DNA from: a candidate division FCPU426 bacterium
Lineage (GTDB): Bacteria; Oederibacteriota; Muellerivitia; Muellerivitales; Muellerivitaceae
DNA length: 64,000 nt
Direction: 5' to 3'
NCBI GenBank assembly: GCA_963796105.1
Contig: CAWCKJ010000012.1
Span: 256,001-320,000 of the forward strand
Part shown: piece after piece, positions 1 through 8,724 of the stretch
Layout: every line of letters begins with the position of its first letter
Position numbering within the stretch: position 1 is the stretch's first letter
Program-made: the position numbers and the translations under genes
The notes under the pieces: model-generated
Told to the model about the DNA's origin: nothing
The model's database searches: none
The model's input: the letters and a program-made list of their open reading frames with translations, nothing else

Positions 1-1695
1 AACCTTCATATTTGGCTGGGCAGCCATGTTGCAGGGATTATTAAAGTTTCCTGACAGGGTGAGGAGTCCAAGCCACCGGTAAAACGCGTGAAAATATTTG
101 GGTTGGCCGTAGGTTCCATCTGCGGCGGGTGTTTCATTGTCCCAATTCAGGTAGTTGTCGCGCCATAAATCCTTCATCAACTCCACTTGGGTTCCAGCCT
201 TGCCGATAAGAGTGTCCAGGTTATCGGCGGCGCAGGAAGCCATTGCGGCCGGTCCCAGAATAGCGGGAATATGCCAGGAACTATTATTGGCGTTGGCCCA
301 TATTCCGTTGTTATTTTCTCCCTCGGCGTCCATTTCCCCGACGCCCCAATATAAAAGCCCATAATTATCGTTATAGGCGGCGTTGCCGATCGCGACCCCG
401 TTCCAAGCGACCTGTGAATACTTGGACAAAAACACCTGCTCCATATTGGTGGCGGGTGGAGTATTCAGGACCACGTGATTGACAGGATCCCAGGAGTTGG
501 GAGGCAACCCATTCCATAGGTAATCCAGGGAATTTCTGAACGGCATCCGGATACCCTCTGCGGAAGGTCCCCAACTGGTGCCGTAAAAAGTCACGTTTCC
601 AGCCGCGTCCACATCGAACCCATCCGGCCCGACAGGATAGGGCGTGACCTGGGTATTTAATTTGGAAACGATATACTCGCTGGAGACTGCCGCCCTCAGA
701 AACTGGCTCCCCACCTGAGTGTTTCCCTGGGCCTCCATGATGGATGAAAAACACCGGTAATAACTCGGCGCCAAGTAATCCGTGGCGCAGTTTCCCTGGA
801 AAGTCCCAAAACCGCCTGGACTGCAAGAACCAAAATATGGGGGATAAGGGGTCACACCCGCCTGGTCCCAGGTCGTACTGTCCCGGGCCGTATTCCCACC
901 CTTCACATATCCATCAAACCCGACCTCAGCCGAGTCATAATCCTTACCGCTAGGATCGCCAGTGTCCTGCCTCCAGGCCGTCATTGCCGTGGCATAATTG
1001 ATGAATTCCTGTTGATAGCTGATATTGGCGCCGGCCGCGGTTTGATACCCGGAGTTGGCCCCCCATTGCTTCCAAGCAATCAAGAGAGCCATACATATAT
1101 CCTCATCACCATCCGTCGCCCCTCCCTGGCCCGCCGTGGAATGGTTCCAAGCCACTAACCCCGGCATCTGACAACTTGCCGTACCCCAACCTGTCAATTG
1201 GAGGGTTCCTGGATTTACTTCGTAGCTGATGGCCCGCACGATCCGACTATGGATGTGTATCCACAAACCATCGAAGGTATCTTTGTCGGCCATCAGAGCG
1301 GCCATGAGTAGGGCGTAACCGTCGCCTTCCGAACAACCAGGATAGGTATCCGACCCACAACCCGTTGTCGTGAAGGCCAACCGCGGAATAGTGCTGCCCG
1401 ATGGCATCCATAGACCAGTCAATTTCTGGAGCCGATGCATTCCCTCGATATAGGCCTGCGTCACCGCAGCTTCCATCTCGGCATGAGGTACACCATCTGG
1501 ATTGGTGGTCGCTAAGGATTTCCCATATTGGTATTCCAGGAACTGTGGAAAAGGCCAGTTAGGCGATTGCGGCATCACTGTCCCATTATTGATGTTGGCT
1601 CCAGTGACTGGAAAAGTAGCCCAACAAACGTTTTGAGCCGCAAGCCCAAAAAGAAATGAAAATAGGATTAATTTATAATTTTTGAAAAGCTTCAC
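1..1695 (-). CDS. Secreted glycoside hydrolase family 8 protein (3' end runs off the window)
   Basis: Hand-translated; missing from the ORF track because it has no stop in the window. GTG at 1693-1695 with GAGG RBS. Signal peptide MKLFKNYKLILFSFLFGLAAQNVCWA. GH8 motifs CSEGDGYALLMA, GATDGDEDICMALLIAWKQWG, DYLAPSYY and EGIRMPFR..LDYLWNG. Frame is open to position 1. Confidence 0.85.
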   Translation of the reverse strand, partial: MKLFKNYKLILFSFLFGLAAQNVCWATFPVTGANINNGTVMPQSPNWPFPQFLEYQYGKSLATTNPDGVPHAEMEAAVTQAYIEGMHRLQKLTGLWMPSGSTIPRLAFTTTGCGSDTYPGCSEGDGYALLMAALMADKDTFDGLWIHIHSRIVRAISYEVNPGTLQLTGWGTASCQMPGLVAWNHSTAGQGGATDGDEDICMALLIAWKQWGANSGYQTAAGANISYQQEFINYATAMTAWRQDTGDPSGKDYDSAEVGFDGYVKGGNTARDSTTWDQAGVTPYPPYFGSCSPGGFGTFQGNCATDYLAPSYYRCFSSIMEAQGNTQVGSQFLRAAVSSEYIVSKLNTQVTPYPVGPDGFDVDAAGNVTFYGTSWGPSAEGIRMPFRNSLDYLWNGLPPNSWDPVNHVVLNTPPATNMEQVFLSKYSQVAWNGVAIGNAAYNDNYGLLYWGVGEMDAEGENNNGIWANANNSSWHIPAILGPAAMASCAADNLDTLIGKAGTQVELMKDLWRDNYLNWDNETPAADGTYGQPKYFHAFYRWLGLLTLSGNFNNPCNMAAQPNMKV

Positions 1696-2045
1696 TTTTT
1701 CCTCAATTGTCTAAACCAAATTCTCTTCCCATTCGGCTTATGGATCCCAATTCAGCGCCGAATGGAAAGATCTTTTTCCTTGTTCGACTTTAAATCCATC
1801 TCAGTAATTCTGGACTTAAAGTAATTGCTCCCCTTCAAGGGACAGGAGTTGTGAAATATGAGTTTAAAACGTTCTCAACCGTGATTTTCCTGCTAATTAA
1901 AAGGGATGTAAAGAACTGTTCAAATGAATATTAAGTGAGTTTTATCGAGAAAATAAGCCGATTTTCACTAAATTTGTTCTTATAAAAAATTTTTTCGCGA
2001 ATTATTAATCACTTCTTTGAATTTTCATCATGAAAGCCCTTTTTC

Positions 2046-2059
2046 CGTAACCGGTTTCA
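2046..2059 (-). promoter_or_regulatory. LacI/CcpA(cre)-like operator in the AT-rich region upstream of the GH8 gene
   Basis: Minus strand TGAAACCGGTTACG matches TGWAANCGNTNWCA at all but the last base. Confidence 0.35.
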
Positions 2060-2387
2060 TTCCATTTAGGCGGTGAATACACTTCAATATGATAAAAAGT
2101 TTTATTTTTGTTTAGAAATAACTAGGGATCCCTTATACGGGTGAATTTCTAATAATTTTAAATGTATCCCACAATGAGTAATAAAAATCTCAAACAAAAA
2201 GTTAACATCAGTTTCGAAATCACTAAAAAATAATCCGTTTTTAACATCTCGATATTAAGCCCACTGCAAAACACCTACCCCACAAGAAAATCTTTTCGTA
2301 ATTTGGATTTTTAACCGGGAGATTGAAATAAATGAATGTCTTGGGATCCATCTGTCCAGAATGGCTCAAATTAAATTCCAATTCCCA

Positions 2388-2436
2388 GAAAAAGAAAAAT
2401 GCCTTAAGCAGCTATTACTCAGCGGCTTAAGGCATT
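2388..2436 (-). terminator. Rho-independent terminator of the Pro-rich gene
   Basis: AATGCCTTAAGC (2398-2409) / GCTTAAGGCATT (2425-2436) inverted repeat followed by a U-tract on the minus strand, just after the stop at 2440. Confidence 0.8.
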
Positions 2437-2439
2437 ATT

Positions 2440-5382
2440 TTATTTGTTGCGGGAATCGGGGTTCTGGTTCCCCAAGTCATTGATGGGGGGCAAATCCAAA
2501 TCCTTGGGAGGTTTCAAGTCAGAATCCTGAAGGGGGGGCAGCGCCAAATTCGAGTCCGCAGGTGGCGGTGCAGTCGTTGTATTCCCATTGGATGGAGCCG
2601 GAGAAGCAGAACCAATTCCAGTAGCGGTCGCGGGAAGATTCGGGCTCAAATCCATGGGCGGCGCCTGCATTCCGTCAATGCTTCCATTCACTCCCTGCAA
2701 GGCATTGAGGGCCTTTTGCTGGTCGGCAGTAGGCTGTGTGTTGGTGGTTGAGGCCGCAGGCACAGTGCTTGCGTTAGGAGCCGGAGCATTTACATTCGCC
2801 GCTGGAGCGGGAGAGACGTTGACTGGCGCGGTTGTATTAGGCGGCGGAGCGTTAGTAGCGGCTACAGGCGGAGCTTCCAAGCCCGGAAGAGCGTCAAGGC
2901 CAGGGGGCGCTTCCAGAGGCGGTGGTGCCGAAACATTTGGAGACGCCGCTGGTGGTGCGGGTGCATTCACATTCGCCGCGGGAGCGGGTGGGGCAACTGC
3001 CGACGCTGGAGCAGCGGGCGAAGGCGCGCTAACCCCAGCTGGTGGAGCTTCCAAACCAGGGGGAGCCTCTAGTCCCGGAGGCGCTTCCAAAGGAGGTGGC
3101 GCCGAAACATTTTCCGGTGATACCGGAGGTACGGGCACATTTACATTCGTCGCGGGAGCTGGAGAGGCAACAGCCGGTGCCGGAGCAGCGGGAGGAGACG
3201 CACTAACAGCGGCTGGCGGAGCTTCCAAACCCGGGGGAGCCTCTAGTCCCGGAGGCGCTTCCAAAGGAGGTGGCGCCGAAACATTTTCCGGTGATGTCGG
3301 AGGTGCAGGTGCATTCACATTCGCCGCTGGAGCGGGTAAGGCAACTGCCGGTGCCGGAGCGGCTGGAGGAGGCGCGCTAACAGCAGCGGGCGGAGCTTCC
3401 AAACCCGGGGGAGCCTCTAGTCCCGGAGGCGCCTCTAAACTGGGTGGTGCGGTTGTTTCAGCGCCTGGCAAAGACGGCAAAGCCTCTGACGCCACTGGAA
3501 CCGATGGCGCCGCGGAAGGCGAGGGAAGAGCCGGAAGATTCGAGCCAGCCTCAGCTGGTGGAGCCTCTAGAGCCGGGGGAGCTTCAAGACCCGGTGGAGG
3601 CGGAAGGGTTTCACTTCCAGGAACTGGAGGCGCATTTGCGGCAGCGGGAGGAGCTTCAAGACCCGGAGGAGCCTCCAAGCCCGGGGGAACGGAGAGGGTG
3701 CCTTCAGCCGGAAGCGGAGGGACCGCCGCGTTCACGGTGGCTGGAGAAGAAGCCGCGGGTGCTGGCTGGGGAACATTTGGCGCGGAAACTTCAGGAACGC
3801 CGAGAGCTGGTGCCGGCAATTCAGGAACCGCTGGAACTTGTGGATTTGCGGCCACTGGAACCTCAGCCGCTGGTGGTTGTGTAGCGGCCACGGGGGCGGT
3901 TGTTTCCGGCTGGGCAACTGGAGCGTTAGCTGTTCCGGCAAAATTTTGCTCTGGCGGCAATGCCAAAGGCTTCAACTGGTGGGGCGCGGGAAGCAAAGGC
4001 TTAACCACCACCTCGCCCGAAACGGCTAAGGGAGCAGCCGCGACAGATGCCGCTTCGGGAGCTGGTGCAGAAACTAAAGGGGCCGTAGCCACGGTTGGAG
4101 GAACTTCAGCCTGAGGAGCGGGAGCTGATGTGGCGGCAGAAGGGGCCGGAGGCGGAGCTGGCGCGGCGGCCTCAGCCGGCAAAGGCGGTACCCCGGGAGC
4201 CTCAGGAGCGACAGCGCTGGGTGCCGGAGGTGCGGCTGGAGCCGGCAAGGCTGGTGGCGGCGCTGGTGCGGCGGCTTCCGACGGCAAAGGCGGCACTCCG
4301 GGAGCTTCAGGAGCGACAACACTAGTTGCCGGAGGAACAGCTGGAGCCGACAAAGCTGGCGGAGGCGCGGAAGAGGCAGCTTGACCAGGCAACGGAGGTA
4401 CGCCGGGAACTTCTGGAGCCGCAGCGATCGCCGGAGGCCCTTTTGGCGGGACGGTTTTGGCTTGGGCCGTTTCGGCTTCCTTCTTGCTCTTTAATGCTTC
4501 CAAGCCCTCTTTCTCCCTTAATTTTTTCAGGGCGATCTTCTGATCTTTCTCTTCTTTATTTTCTTTTGCGATTTGAGACTTGGACATTGCGATGGTTATC
4601 TCGGGAATTTGGTTCCTGACGTACAACCTTTGGATTTCCTTGAGGGTTTTCATAGGGCTGACATCAACTAAACCCTGGATCTTGGTTTTTACGACAGCCA
4701 GGTCGTTGGAACCCCAGTAATTTCCGGGCAACTTGAAGGAAGGTGTGTTGTTGATCACTTCCACTTGGTTGTCCCGGACGATGTTGTTGACGAATTTGAA
4801 ATCCGAGAAACCCTTCAAGTAAACCCCATAGGTATTTTGGGTGATGGTGTTGAATGAAACTATGGCTTTGACCTTACCTTCGGAAATCAATCCCGCCGCA
4901 TTCCCGTAAAACTTGTTATTTTTTAAATGCGCTTCTGTGCCGCCTTGGAGGTAAACACCGCTCCCTCTAGTGACTTCCGACCATTCCATTTTGATTTTTG
5001 CGTCATTTGCCAAAAAGACTCCGCTGACAATCTTGGCGTCGATAAGATTTGCTTCCCCGCCATTTACGAATAATTTGCTCTGGAGGCCGCCTTCCTCCAT
5101 GTGAAACACCGCGGGGTTCGCCTCGGATCCTTCAACATTTAATATTCCATCCACTTCCAATTCGGCAGTTCCCTGAAATACTACTTTGACTCCCTTGCCG
5201 ATATGAAGAGTCACACCCTTTGGAACGACTACTTTTCCTGAAATTTGATAAGGATTGCCGTTGGCTTCCCACTGGGTGTCAGAAAGTAGGGTTGGTGGAA
5301 CCGCCGTATCGGCATTGACTGGGAGGAATAAAAAAGAAAATAACAGAAAAAGCGGGAAAACTTGGCTGATAGATCGCTTCAT
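2440..5382 (-). CDS. Secreted right-handed beta-helix (pectin-lyase/NosD-like) protein with a very long Pro/Ala-rich repeat tail
   Basis: Signal peptide. Beta-helix-like N-domain (PYQISGKVVVPKGVTLHIGKGV...NTITQNTYGVY...NYWGS), a charged coiled segment, then ~670 aa Pro/Ala-rich with 15 LEAPP motifs. Confidence 0.8.
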   Translation of the reverse strand: MKRSISQVFPLFLLFSFLFLPVNADTAVPPTLLSDTQWEANGNPYQISGKVVVPKGVTLHIGKGVKVVFQGTAELEVDGILNVEGSEANPAVFHMEEGGLQSKLFVNGGEANLIDAKIVSGVFLANDAKIKMEWSEVTRGSGVYLQGGTEAHLKNNKFYGNAAGLISEGKVKAIVSFNTITQNTYGVYLKGFSDFKFVNNIVRDNQVEVINNTPSFKLPGNYWGSNDLAVVKTKIQGLVDVSPMKTLKEIQRLYVRNQIPEITIAMSKSQIAKENKEEKDQKIALKKLREKEGLEALKSKKEAETAQAKTVPPKGPPAIAAAPEVPGVPPLPGQAASSAPPPALSAPAVPPATSVVAPEAPGVPPLPSEAAAPAPPPALPAPAAPPAPSAVAPEAPGVPPLPAEAAAPAPPPAPSAATSAPAPQAEVPPTVATAPLVSAPAPEAASVAAAPLAVSGEVVVKPLLPAPHQLKPLALPPEQNFAGTANAPVAQPETTAPVAATQPPAAEVPVAANPQVPAVPELPAPALGVPEVSAPNVPQPAPAASSPATVNAAVPPLPAEGTLSVPPGLEAPPGLEAPPAAANAPPVPGSETLPPPPGLEAPPALEAPPAEAGSNLPALPSPSAAPSVPVASEALPSLPGAETTAPPSLEAPPGLEAPPGLEAPPAAVSAPPPAAPAPAVALPAPAANVNAPAPPTSPENVSAPPPLEAPPGLEAPPGLEAPPAAVSASPPAAPAPAVASPAPATNVNVPVPPVSPENVSAPPPLEAPPGLEAPPGLEAPPAGVSAPSPAAPASAVAPPAPAANVNAPAPPAASPNVSAPPPLEAPPGLDALPGLEAPPVAATNAPPPNTTAPVNVSPAPAANVNAPAPNASTVPAASTTNTQPTADQQKALNALQGVNGSIDGMQAPPMDLSPNLPATATGIGSASPAPSNGNTTTAPPPADSNLALPPLQDSDLKPPKDLDLPPINDLGNQNPDSRNK
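2870..3440. repeat. 174-nt (58-aa) intragenic tandem repeat, ~3.5 copies
   Basis: gggagcctctagtcccggaggcgc recurs at 3061, 3235 and 3409 (spacing 174), with a degenerate copy near 2887. Confidence 0.9.
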
Positions 5383-5520
5383 AAAGTTTCTTAACCCCGA
5401 ATGTTTTAGGATAAGCCCACCCCACGTCTCAAACGGCTGAAAAACGCATGTACTATAACATATTAAATGCTGTTCCTTAAATCACAAACCATCTAAGAAA
5501 TAAGGAAATTCCTGCGCTGT

Positions 5521-5556
5521 AAAACCGTTGGCAGGGCCTTTCCCGCCAACGGTTTT
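5521..5556. terminator. Strong hairpin with T-tracts on both sides, probable ppdK terminator
   Basis: AAAACCGTTGGC-agggcctttccc-GCCAACGGTTTT. Confidence 0.7.
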
Positions 5557-5736
5557 AGCCTATGGAGATACCTTGAATCAAAAATATTCCTTCTCTCTCG
5601 GAACCCTATTAAACATAAAACTACACGCCCAAGAAGAGCTTAAAACTCAATATTTAGGCCTATGAAGGCTCAATACGCAATAAAACCCTCAAGGCGCCAT
5701 TTCCATTTCAAACGTCGAGAAATATCGCTTACTCGA

Positions 5737-8511
5737 CTATTTTGAGGAATATTCCTTCGCTCCCTTTTTCGAAAACTTGAGTGCGGCCTGCGCCGCGGCC
5801 AAGCGTGCGATGGGAACCCGATACGGCGAGCAGGAAACATAATTCAAACCCGCCAGATGACAGAATTCCACTGAATTGGGATCGCCGCCATGTTCCCCGC
5901 AGATGCCCACTTTGAGTTTAGGCCGAACTGAACGGCCTTTTTCCACGGCCATCTTCACTAGCTGCCCCACCCCTCCGCGATCAAGAACCTGAAAGGGATC
6001 TTTCTCGCAAACACCATGGTCAATGTAATACCGGATAATCTTCGCGGTATCATCCCTCGAAAAGCCGAAGGTGGTTTGGGTCAAATCGTTGGTTCCGAAA
6101 CTGAAAAATTCGGCTTCCGTGGCGATCTGATCGGCCGTGACAGCCGCTCGAGGTAGCTCAATCATGGTTCCGATCATGTACTCTAACTTGATTCCATATT
6201 TTTTTATGGTCTCATCCGCTTTTTTAATCACGATGGCTTTTTGATTATTGAGTTCAGCCACGTCCCCCACCAGGGGAATCATGATTTCCGGAACGATCTT
6301 TTTGCCTTTCTTCACCAGTTCGCAAGCTGCAGCAATAACCGCTTCGGTCTGCATTTCGGTGATTTCAGGGTAGGTAATACCCAATCGGCATCCGCGATGG
6401 CCGAGCATGGGATTAAACTCGTGAAGTTCCTCGACTCTCTGCAAAAGCTTCTTGGCCTTGTCTAGGTCCGAACCCTTTCCGCTCACCAGTTCCAAAGCTT
6501 TCTTAATCACCTCATTTGTGGTAGTGCTCTTCCCGGTGGCTTCCATCTTGGCAACCTCCACCATGAGCTCCTCCCGCTTGGGAAGAAACTCATGAAGGGG
6601 TGGATCCAGAAAACGGACTGTGACTGGATCGCCCTCCATCGCCTCGAAAAGCCCGAGGAAATCCGACTTCTGCATGGGCAACAAAGCCTCCAAGGCCTTG
6701 CGGCGGGAGGACTCATCCGTGGCCAATATCATCGCCTGCATATGTGGCAATCGGTCCTCGTCAAAAAACATGTGTTCGGTCCGGCATAAACCTATTCCTT
6801 GAGCCCCGAAGGATCGAGCGACTTTCGCGTCCCGGGGAATATCGGCGTTGGCTCGAACCTTAAGAGTGCGAATGGCATCCGCCCAACCCATAAGCGTTGC
6901 AAAATCGCCCGAGAGCTCGGCGTCCTGGGTGGGAACCTTTCCACGGATAACCTCTCCCGTTGAACCGTTGAGAGATATCCAATCTCCCTCCTTGATTGTG
7001 GTTCCATTAACCGTGAAAAGATTGTTATGTTCATCCACTCGGATGGCTTCGCATCCGGCAACGCAGGTTTTTCCCATACCGCGAGCGACAACCGCAGCAT
7101 GGCTGGTCATGCCCCCCCGGCCTGTCAGAATACCCTCCGAAGCGTCCATTCCATGGATGTCATCAGGAGAAGTTTCCAAACGAACGAGGATCACTTTTTT
7201 TCCAGCTATTTTCCATTCCACCGCGGTTTCAGCCGTGAATACCGCTTGCCCCGAGGCGGCGCCTGGGGAAGCTGGAAGGCCCTTTGTGATGACCTCTTTT
7301 TTTGCTTTAACGTCAAAAACCGGATGCAAAAGCTGGTCCAATTGGATGGGTTCCACTCTCAATAGCGCGTCCTCTTTGGTGATGAGTTTCTCGTCCACCA
7401 TGTCCACCGCGATCTTCACGGCGGCTGCAGCCGTCCGCTTGCCGGTGCGAGTCTGGAGCATGAACAACTTCCCCTTCTCAATGGTAAACTCGAAATCCTG
7501 GACGTCACGGTAGTGTTTTTCCAGTTTCTTGGTGGTTTCATAGAGCTGTTGGAATACTTTGGGCATATCCTTTTCCAAATGAGCGATGGGCAGGGGCGTT
7601 CGTACGCCCGCTACCACGTCCTCTCCCTGTGCGTTCAAAAGATATTCGCCATAGAATTTTTTCTCTCCAGTGGCCGGATTCCTCGTGAATCCGACGCCCG
7701 TTCCGGAATCCTCACCCATGTTGCCGAACACCATGGATTGGACATTCACTGCGGTTCCGATGTTATGGGGTATATCATTCTGCTTGCGGTAATAGATGGC
7801 TCGATCGTTCATCCAGGAACGGAATACGGCGTCCCGGGCGCCGCGGAGCTGGGCCATGACGTCCTGAGGAAATTCACTTCCGGTCTTTTCCTTGATCAGT
7901 TTCTTGAATTTCGACACCAAATCCCGCAGATCGGCCGCGGAAAGCTCGGTATCCAGTTTGACCCCTTTCTCTTCCTTCATTTTGTCTATGGCGCGCTCAA
8001 ACACTTCCTTGCCCATTTCCATTACCACGTTTCCATACATCTGTACGAATCGCCGGTAGCTGTCATAGGCGAAACGCTCGTTGTTGGTGGAAGCGATTAA
8101 TCCCTTCACGGTCTCGTCATTAAGGCCAAGGTTCAAAATAGTATCCATCATGCCGGGCATGGAGAACTTGGCTCCCGAACGGACTGAAACCAAAAGGGGA
8201 TTATTACGGTCCCCGAATTTCTTACCAAGCGTCTTTTCCAACCTGCCCAAATGATCCTGCATTTCCTTATCGATGGAAGCAGGAACTTTTTTGCCATTCT
8301 CGTAGTAAATCCGGCAAGTTTCCGTGCAAATAGTGAAACCCGGAGGAACGGGAACGCCGGCGTTGGTCATTTCGGCGAGCCCCGCGCCCTTCCCTCCCAA
8401 TACATCCTTCATGGTACCCTGACCTTCGGCTTTTCCGCTTCCGAAGAAATAGACGAATTTTTTTGTTTTCAATCCGGATTTGGATGACGGTTTTTTCGCG
8501 GCTTTCGGCAT
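5737..8511 (-). CDS. ppdK: Pyruvate, phosphate dikinase
   Basis: LGGKGAGLAEM, VSVRSGA..SMPGMMDT, RGGMTSHAAVVARG (phospho-His), GIGLCRTEHMF, SFGTNDLTQ, GICGEHGGD. Start placed at the ATG following a GGGAGGA RBS. Confidence 0.98.
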   Translation of the reverse strand: MPKAAKKPSSKSGLKTKKFVYFFGSGKAEGQGTMKDVLGGKGAGLAEMTNAGVPVPPGFTICTETCRIYYENGKKVPASIDKEMQDHLGRLEKTLGKKFGDRNNPLLVSVRSGAKFSMPGMMDTILNLGLNDETVKGLIASTNNERFAYDSYRRFVQMYGNVVMEMGKEVFERAIDKMKEEKGVKLDTELSAADLRDLVSKFKKLIKEKTGSEFPQDVMAQLRGARDAVFRSWMNDRAIYYRKQNDIPHNIGTAVNVQSMVFGNMGEDSGTGVGFTRNPATGEKKFYGEYLLNAQGEDVVAGVRTPLPIAHLEKDMPKVFQQLYETTKKLEKHYRDVQDFEFTIEKGKLFMLQTRTGKRTAAAAVKIAVDMVDEKLITKEDALLRVEPIQLDQLLHPVFDVKAKKEVITKGLPASPGAASGQAVFTAETAVEWKIAGKKVILVRLETSPDDIHGMDASEGILTGRGGMTSHAAVVARGMGKTCVAGCEAIRVDEHNNLFTVNGTTIKEGDWISLNGSTGEVIRGKVPTQDAELSGDFATLMGWADAIRTLKVRANADIPRDAKVARSFGAQGIGLCRTEHMFFDEDRLPHMQAMILATDESSRRKALEALLPMQKSDFLGLFEAMEGDPVTVRFLDPPLHEFLPKREELMVEVAKMEATGKSTTTNEVIKKALELVSGKGSDLDKAKKLLQRVEELHEFNPMLGHRGCRLGITYPEITEMQTEAVIAAACELVKKGKKIVPEIMIPLVGDVAELNNQKAIVIKKADETIKKYGIKLEYMIGTMIELPRAAVTADQIATEAEFFSFGTNDLTQTTFGFSRDDTAKIIRYYIDHGVCEKDPFQVLDRGGVGQLVKMAVEKGRSVRPKLKVGICGEHGGDPNSVEFCHLAGLNYVSCSPYRVPIARLAAAQAALKFSKKGAKEYSSK

Positions 8512-8616
8512 TTGAATCCTCCCTGGCATACTAAATAAAATTTACCGGCATAACAAAAAACTACTGGCTCGCTTAACTAATGGAACAAAATTTGAAAGGC
8601 TTTAAAAATGGCCCTC

Positions 8617-8644
8617 ATTGTAGCAGACGGTTTTTCGTTTTCAA
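8617..8644 (-). promoter_or_regulatory. Sigma70-type promoter for ppdK
   Basis: TTGAAA-16 nt-TACAAT with an extended TG. Confidence 0.55.
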
Positions 8645-8724
8645 TGACGGCCGTCTATCGGGTTTCATATGGGATTCGAAACAATAAACTTCTTGCCATT
8701 TTCGCTAAAACCGATTGTTTTAAT

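Noticed and set aside
2588..4384. Gly/Ala-rich plus-strand ORFs
   Set aside because: Antisense shadow of the Pro/Ala-rich gene.
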